Shown: in pieces, positions 60,967 to 64,000 of the stretch
Layout: every line of letters starts with the position of its first letter
Position numbering within the stretch: position 1 is the first letter of the stretch
From: an uncultured Chloroflexia bacterium
Lineage (GTDB): Bacteria; Chloroflexota; Dehalococcoidia; UBA2979
Assembly (NCBI GenBank): GCA_963728205.1
Contig: CAVSIV010000006.1
Coordinates: 288,001-352,000, forward strand
Reading direction: 5' to 3'
DNA: 64,000 bases
Made by a program: the position numbers and the translations under genes
Notes under the pieces: model-generated
The model's input: only the letters and a program-made list of their open reading frames with translations
Database searches by the model: none
What the model was told of the DNA's origin: nothing

Positions 60967-61135
60967 GCCCGTTTCCGTCCTCCGCCATGACGGCAGTTCG
61001 CAGGCGCTCCCCGAGCGGCCGACCCACCGCGCCGGGCGCCCGCAGCATATGCGCTGCGAATCTGCTCCGAGCGCTGCACGGCCACGGGCGGCCCGTGGGA
61101 CCGGCACCGACCGGCCTCGCGGCCCGCAGCTCGCC

Positions 61136-61465
61136 TCACGAGTTCGCGGCCTCGAGGTAGCCGTGCACGGCGGCCGCCACGCGGGCGAAGGTGTCCGGCG
61201 CCTCCCACCCGTTGGAGAGGATCGCCAGCACGTAGGTGCCGAAGGGCGCCTTGACGATGGCGACGTCATGCGCGGCGCCCGCGTAGTCGCCGGTCTTGTT
61301 TCCGACGACGCTGCCGTCGTCGGGGATGCCGCTGGGGATGCGCGAGCGGATGCGCTGCTGCGCGAGCAGGTCGAACACCTGGGCGGCCACCGCGGGCGTC
61401 GGCTTCCCGCGCGCGATCGCCTCGAGCACGCGCGCCATGTCCGCCGCCGTGGTCGGCAGGGCCCA
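61136..61465 (-). pseudogene. C-terminal fragment of class A beta-lactamase-like serine hydrolase
   Basis: TTAADMARVL, NKTG, HDVAIV, YVLAILS; SxxK and SDN regions missing. Confidence 0.8.
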
Positions 61466-62249
61466 GGATACCCGGCGTGGCGATACACGGCTCGCCACGT
61501 ATCCCGCAGTACGTCCCGTGGGCGAGCACCCGCAGCGCGATTACGAGTCCGTCGACCACGACCGGCACATCGCGCCAGGGGAGCGTGAGCGATGCGACGG
61601 CTACTCCGGACACCGGAGTAGCAGAGACGGTGACTCGCGGATCAGTTCCAAATCGGTACGCGCGGAAGTCGACCCGCGTCGCGCTGGCCGGCACGACCGC
61701 GCTGACCTTGATCTGAACGCTGCCGACGACGTGGACCGTTCCACCCTTTGGGTCGGCGTGCGAATCGACGTAGGACGGCGTGAGCAGGCGGAGCTGCGCG
61801 GTCGCGGTGTCCCCGGCGGGCGCCGTCCTCGTGGGGGACGGGGACGCGGTGCGGCCCGTAGCGCCGGGCTGCACCGCTGCCCCGCGAAACGCGGCGATCA
61901 CGACAAGTGCCGCGAGCCCGGTTGCGACGGCGCCGCCAACGAGACGCGCAACTCGGGGCACCCCGAGCCCCCGCTCCATCAGCCAGCCGCCGAGCGCGAA
62001 GCCTCGCGTGCGCCTTGCCGAGGACGCCGGTGTTCCGGCCCACGCCGCGAGCGCCAATCGGTCCGAGCAGTCGAGCTTCGCGAGCATGCTCGAGACATGC
62101 GTCTTGATGGTAGGAACGGTGAGCCCGAGCCGCTCCGCGATCTCGGGATTCGAGAGTCCGTCGCGGACACAGTCGAGCACGCGCCACTCGGCGGGGGTCA
62201 GGACGTCGGGGTGCGGCGGCCGTCCACGAGCGTGTCGTCTCCAGGGCAT
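61266..62249 (-). CDS. Membrane-anchored LuxR-HTH protein (HTH-TM-linker-beta-rich domain); 3' end probably deleted at about 61465
   Basis: GRPPHPDVLTPAEWRV...SNPEIA...TIKTHVS; TM LVGGAVATGLAALVVIAAF. Confidence 0.8.
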   Translation of the reverse strand: MPWRRHARGRPPHPDVLTPAEWRVLDCVRDGLSNPEIAERLGLTVPTIKTHVSSMLAKLDCSDRLALAAWAGTPASSARRTRGFALGGWLMERGLGVPRVARLVGGAVATGLAALVVIAAFRGAAVQPGATGRTASPSPTRTAPAGDTATAQLRLLTPSYVDSHADPKGGTVHVVGSVQIKVSAVVPASATRVDFRAYRFGTDPRVTVSATPVSGVAVASLTLPWRDVPVVVDGLVIALRVLAHGTYCGIRGEPCIATPGILGPADHGGGHGARARGDRAREADARGGRPGVRPARAAAHPLAHPQRHPRRRQRRRKQDRRLRGRRA

Positions 62250-62256
62250 GAGCGCC

Positions 62257-62287
62257 AGCCTACGAGCGCCCGCGACGAATTACCTCA
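62257..62287 (-). promoter_or_regulatory. Leaderless promoter/operator motif shared with 47118-47148
   Basis: TGAGGTAATTCG-N12-GTAGGCT-N7-ATG. Confidence 0.7.
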
Positions 62288-62346
62288 TACCGTGCTGCCA
62301 CCACGAGCGCGAGACCGATGAAGGCGGGCTGCCGCGCGTTGGCATC

Positions 62347-62862
62347 TCAGTGGCTGCAATCGTCCCGACTGCCGGGGATCAGCGCTGCCGGAGAGAGCGT
62401 CACGATGACGTGCTCGTCGCGGACGCGGACGGGATAGCCGTCGAGGCCGCGCGGCGACGGTCCGAAGACCCGGCACCCCGTGAGCTCGTAGGTCGACCCG
62501 CTGCAGGGGTCACGGAACCAGCCCGTCCCGGGCTCGTCGTCGAATTTGAAGTCAGGGCGCCAGGGCACCGTGCAGTGCCGTGCCGGATGCGAGTCCCTCG
62601 CCGAGAGGGCGAGGATCGTCCCATCCTCGAGATGCACGACGTGGAAGACGATCGTTGCGGGCGACAGATTGGCCAGCGGGACGGGGTACCCGCCGGCGGC
62701 GCTCCGCCCGACTTCGTGACCGTCGGCGTACGCGATCGTGGTGACCGTTCCGAGCGGGAAGTCCGAAACGGGACCGGCGTCGAACAGTCCGCTGTGACCG
62801 CCGCCACAGGCGGCGATGGTCACGACCACGGCAGGGAGCGCCACCGCGAGCGTGAGCCGCAT
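62347..62862 (-). CDS. Rieske-fold lipoprotein lacking most Fe-S ligands
   Basis: IAAC lipobox; ALSARDSHPARHCTVPW...WFRDPCSGSTY...GPSPRGLD. Confidence 0.8.
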   Translation of the reverse strand: MRLTLAVALPAVVVTIAACGGGHSGLFDAGPVSDFPLGTVTTIAYADGHEVGRSAAGGYPVPLANLSPATIVFHVVHLEDGTILALSARDSHPARHCTVPWRPDFKFDDEPGTGWFRDPCSGSTYELTGCRVFGPSPRGLDGYPVRVRDEHVIVTLSPAALIPGSRDDCSH

Positions 62863-63071
62863 CCACCACGGCCGTCGCCGGTGCGCGCTGGCCGGGTCCG
62901 ACCCCTCGCGGCGGCTGGGTCATGGACAGCCGCCGGGGCGTCGGACGGAGGACGACGACACGGTCCTCGGAGGGTCCCTCTCTATGGCAACTGCATGATG
63001 GCGTCGTGCAATTCATGGCTCCCCTGTCGGTAGAGCTTGCCGTTGAACTCGCCATAGCCCTTCGCACTCAA

Positions 63072-63644
63072 TCATCTGGCTCGAAGCATTCGCGTGAATG
63101 CCTGCGGACTGTACTCGTGACTGGCCTCTCCCAGGACGACGCCGTTCAGCAAGGTGTCGAGGGTGCGATAGATAACGGAGAAGAACTCACCTGACCACGA
63201 ACCGTCGCGGCCGGGGTGAAGGGTTGCATCAGGGATGGACTGTTGCTCGATCTGGCTGAATGCACCCGGATGTGACATGACCGCGCGTAAGAGGTCGTTC
63301 TTGTCGAGATCCAGCCCCACGATCACCAGGCCGTTTCGGTACCAGCCGGTGATCTCGCCTGCGAGTTGAGGCAGCGAGCGCTTGTCGACGATCACACCGG
63401 ACACGCCCGCGGGCAGCCGCTGCCGGGCTTCGTCCAGTGACGCGCTCGTGATTCGCAGTTGGGCACCCGACGGCAGATGGAGGGTTGTGGCCGTCACGTT
63501 CCAGAAGGTCGGCTCCCCGCCGTCGATGGTCGTTGCGGACGCGCGCATACGCGGAACGGTCAGCGCAGCGGCGATGACTGCCAGCGCAGCAAGAGTCACA
63601 GGGATCGACGCTCGTGCCTTGTTGGGGACGCGGTCCGCGTTCAT
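63072..63644 (-). CDS. Exported hypothetical protein
   Basis: Signal-like N-terminus, lower GC. Confidence 0.55.
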   Translation of the reverse strand: MNADRVPNKARASIPVTLAALAVIAAALTVPRMRASATTIDGGEPTFWNVTATTLHLPSGAQLRITSASLDEARQRLPAGVSGVIVDKRSLPQLAGEITGWYRNGLVIVGLDLDKNDLLRAVMSHPGAFSQIEQQSIPDATLHPGRDGSWSGEFFSVIYRTLDTLLNGVVLGEASHEYSPQAFTRMLRAR

Positions 63645-63775
63645 GCGTTCACGCTAGAAGTCGGGTCCGTCGCCCGCCTCGGCCGCGCGGGCGATTTCTT
63701 CCCTCACTCCGGCGATGGACCCCGAGGCCCGACGAAGGCGCACAGGGCCACGGGCCCCGATCCGGGTGCTCGAGC

Positions 63776-64000
63776 CTAGAGACCCGGCGGGGGCCAGGTC
63801 ACGAAGATCGCGCTCCCGTCCGGAGTCCAGCGGACGAGCGGCTTGCCGCCCGCATCCCCATCGATGGGCGCGACGGGCGCGGTGCGCTGGACGCCCGTCG
63901 CGAGGTCGACCACCACAATCTCGTACACCTGGCGGTAGGTGTGCGCCGCCGATCGCGCGAACGCGACCTTCGTGGCGTCGGGGGAGAAGACGCCGATGGC
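63776..64000 (-). CDS. TolB-like propeller protein, 3' end only (runs off window)
   Basis: FSPDATKVAFAR...VRWTPDGSAIFVTW. Confidence 0.7.
   Translation of the reverse strand, partial: AIGVFSPDATKVAFARSAAHTYRQVYEIVVVDLATGVQRTAPVAPIDGDAGGKPLVRWTPDGSAIFVTWPPPGL

Larger units (their letters stand above)
22520..64000. mobile_element. Mosaic, decaying genomic island at tRNA-Lys; right end not in window
   Basis: Truncated tRNA, composition shifts, integrase/recombinase/IS genes, defence and TA genes, many gene fragments. Confidence 0.75.

Noticed and set aside
60274-62958. Diversity-generating retroelement template/variable repeat pair
   Set aside because: No reverse transcriptase; differences include indels and are not adenine-specific; the repeat covers a 5' end

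Overview
High-GC bacterial window; the gene content and repeats suggest Chloroflexota/Dehalococcoidia (inference). Bases 1-22.4 kb are core-like. They hold a PilZ protein, a nitrogen-scavenging cluster (divergent asparaginase-like enzyme, amidase plus small partner, Opp/Dpp-type ABC importer) whose three promoters share an 11-bp-phased motif, an ABC-2 exporter, CoA-transferase, metallophosphoesterase, hydrolase, oxidoreductase, AraC regulator and acyl-CoA dehydrogenase, with REP-like inverted-repeat pairs between genes. At 22478 a tRNA-Lys(TTT) is cut off after its anticodon arm and a decaying mosaic island runs to the window end. The island contains Rep_trans and serine-recombinase remnants, a frameshifted Shedu nuclease, a tyrosine integrase preceded by six 11-bp-phased TCAC boxes, an RHH-Doc toxin-antitoxin pair, a complete IS21 element, IS21/ISKra4 fragments and many Pro/Thr-linker lipoproteins. 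The best candidate for an undescribed system is a repeated module: a Rieske-fold exported protein lacking Fe-S ligands, followed by a membrane-anchored LuxR-HTH protein with a variable external domain. Both membrane-anchored LuxR genes share a leaderless promoter motif, TGARGTAATTCG-N12-GTAGGCT-N6/7-ATG. All calls are by eye without database searches, and many frameshifts may be sequencing errors.
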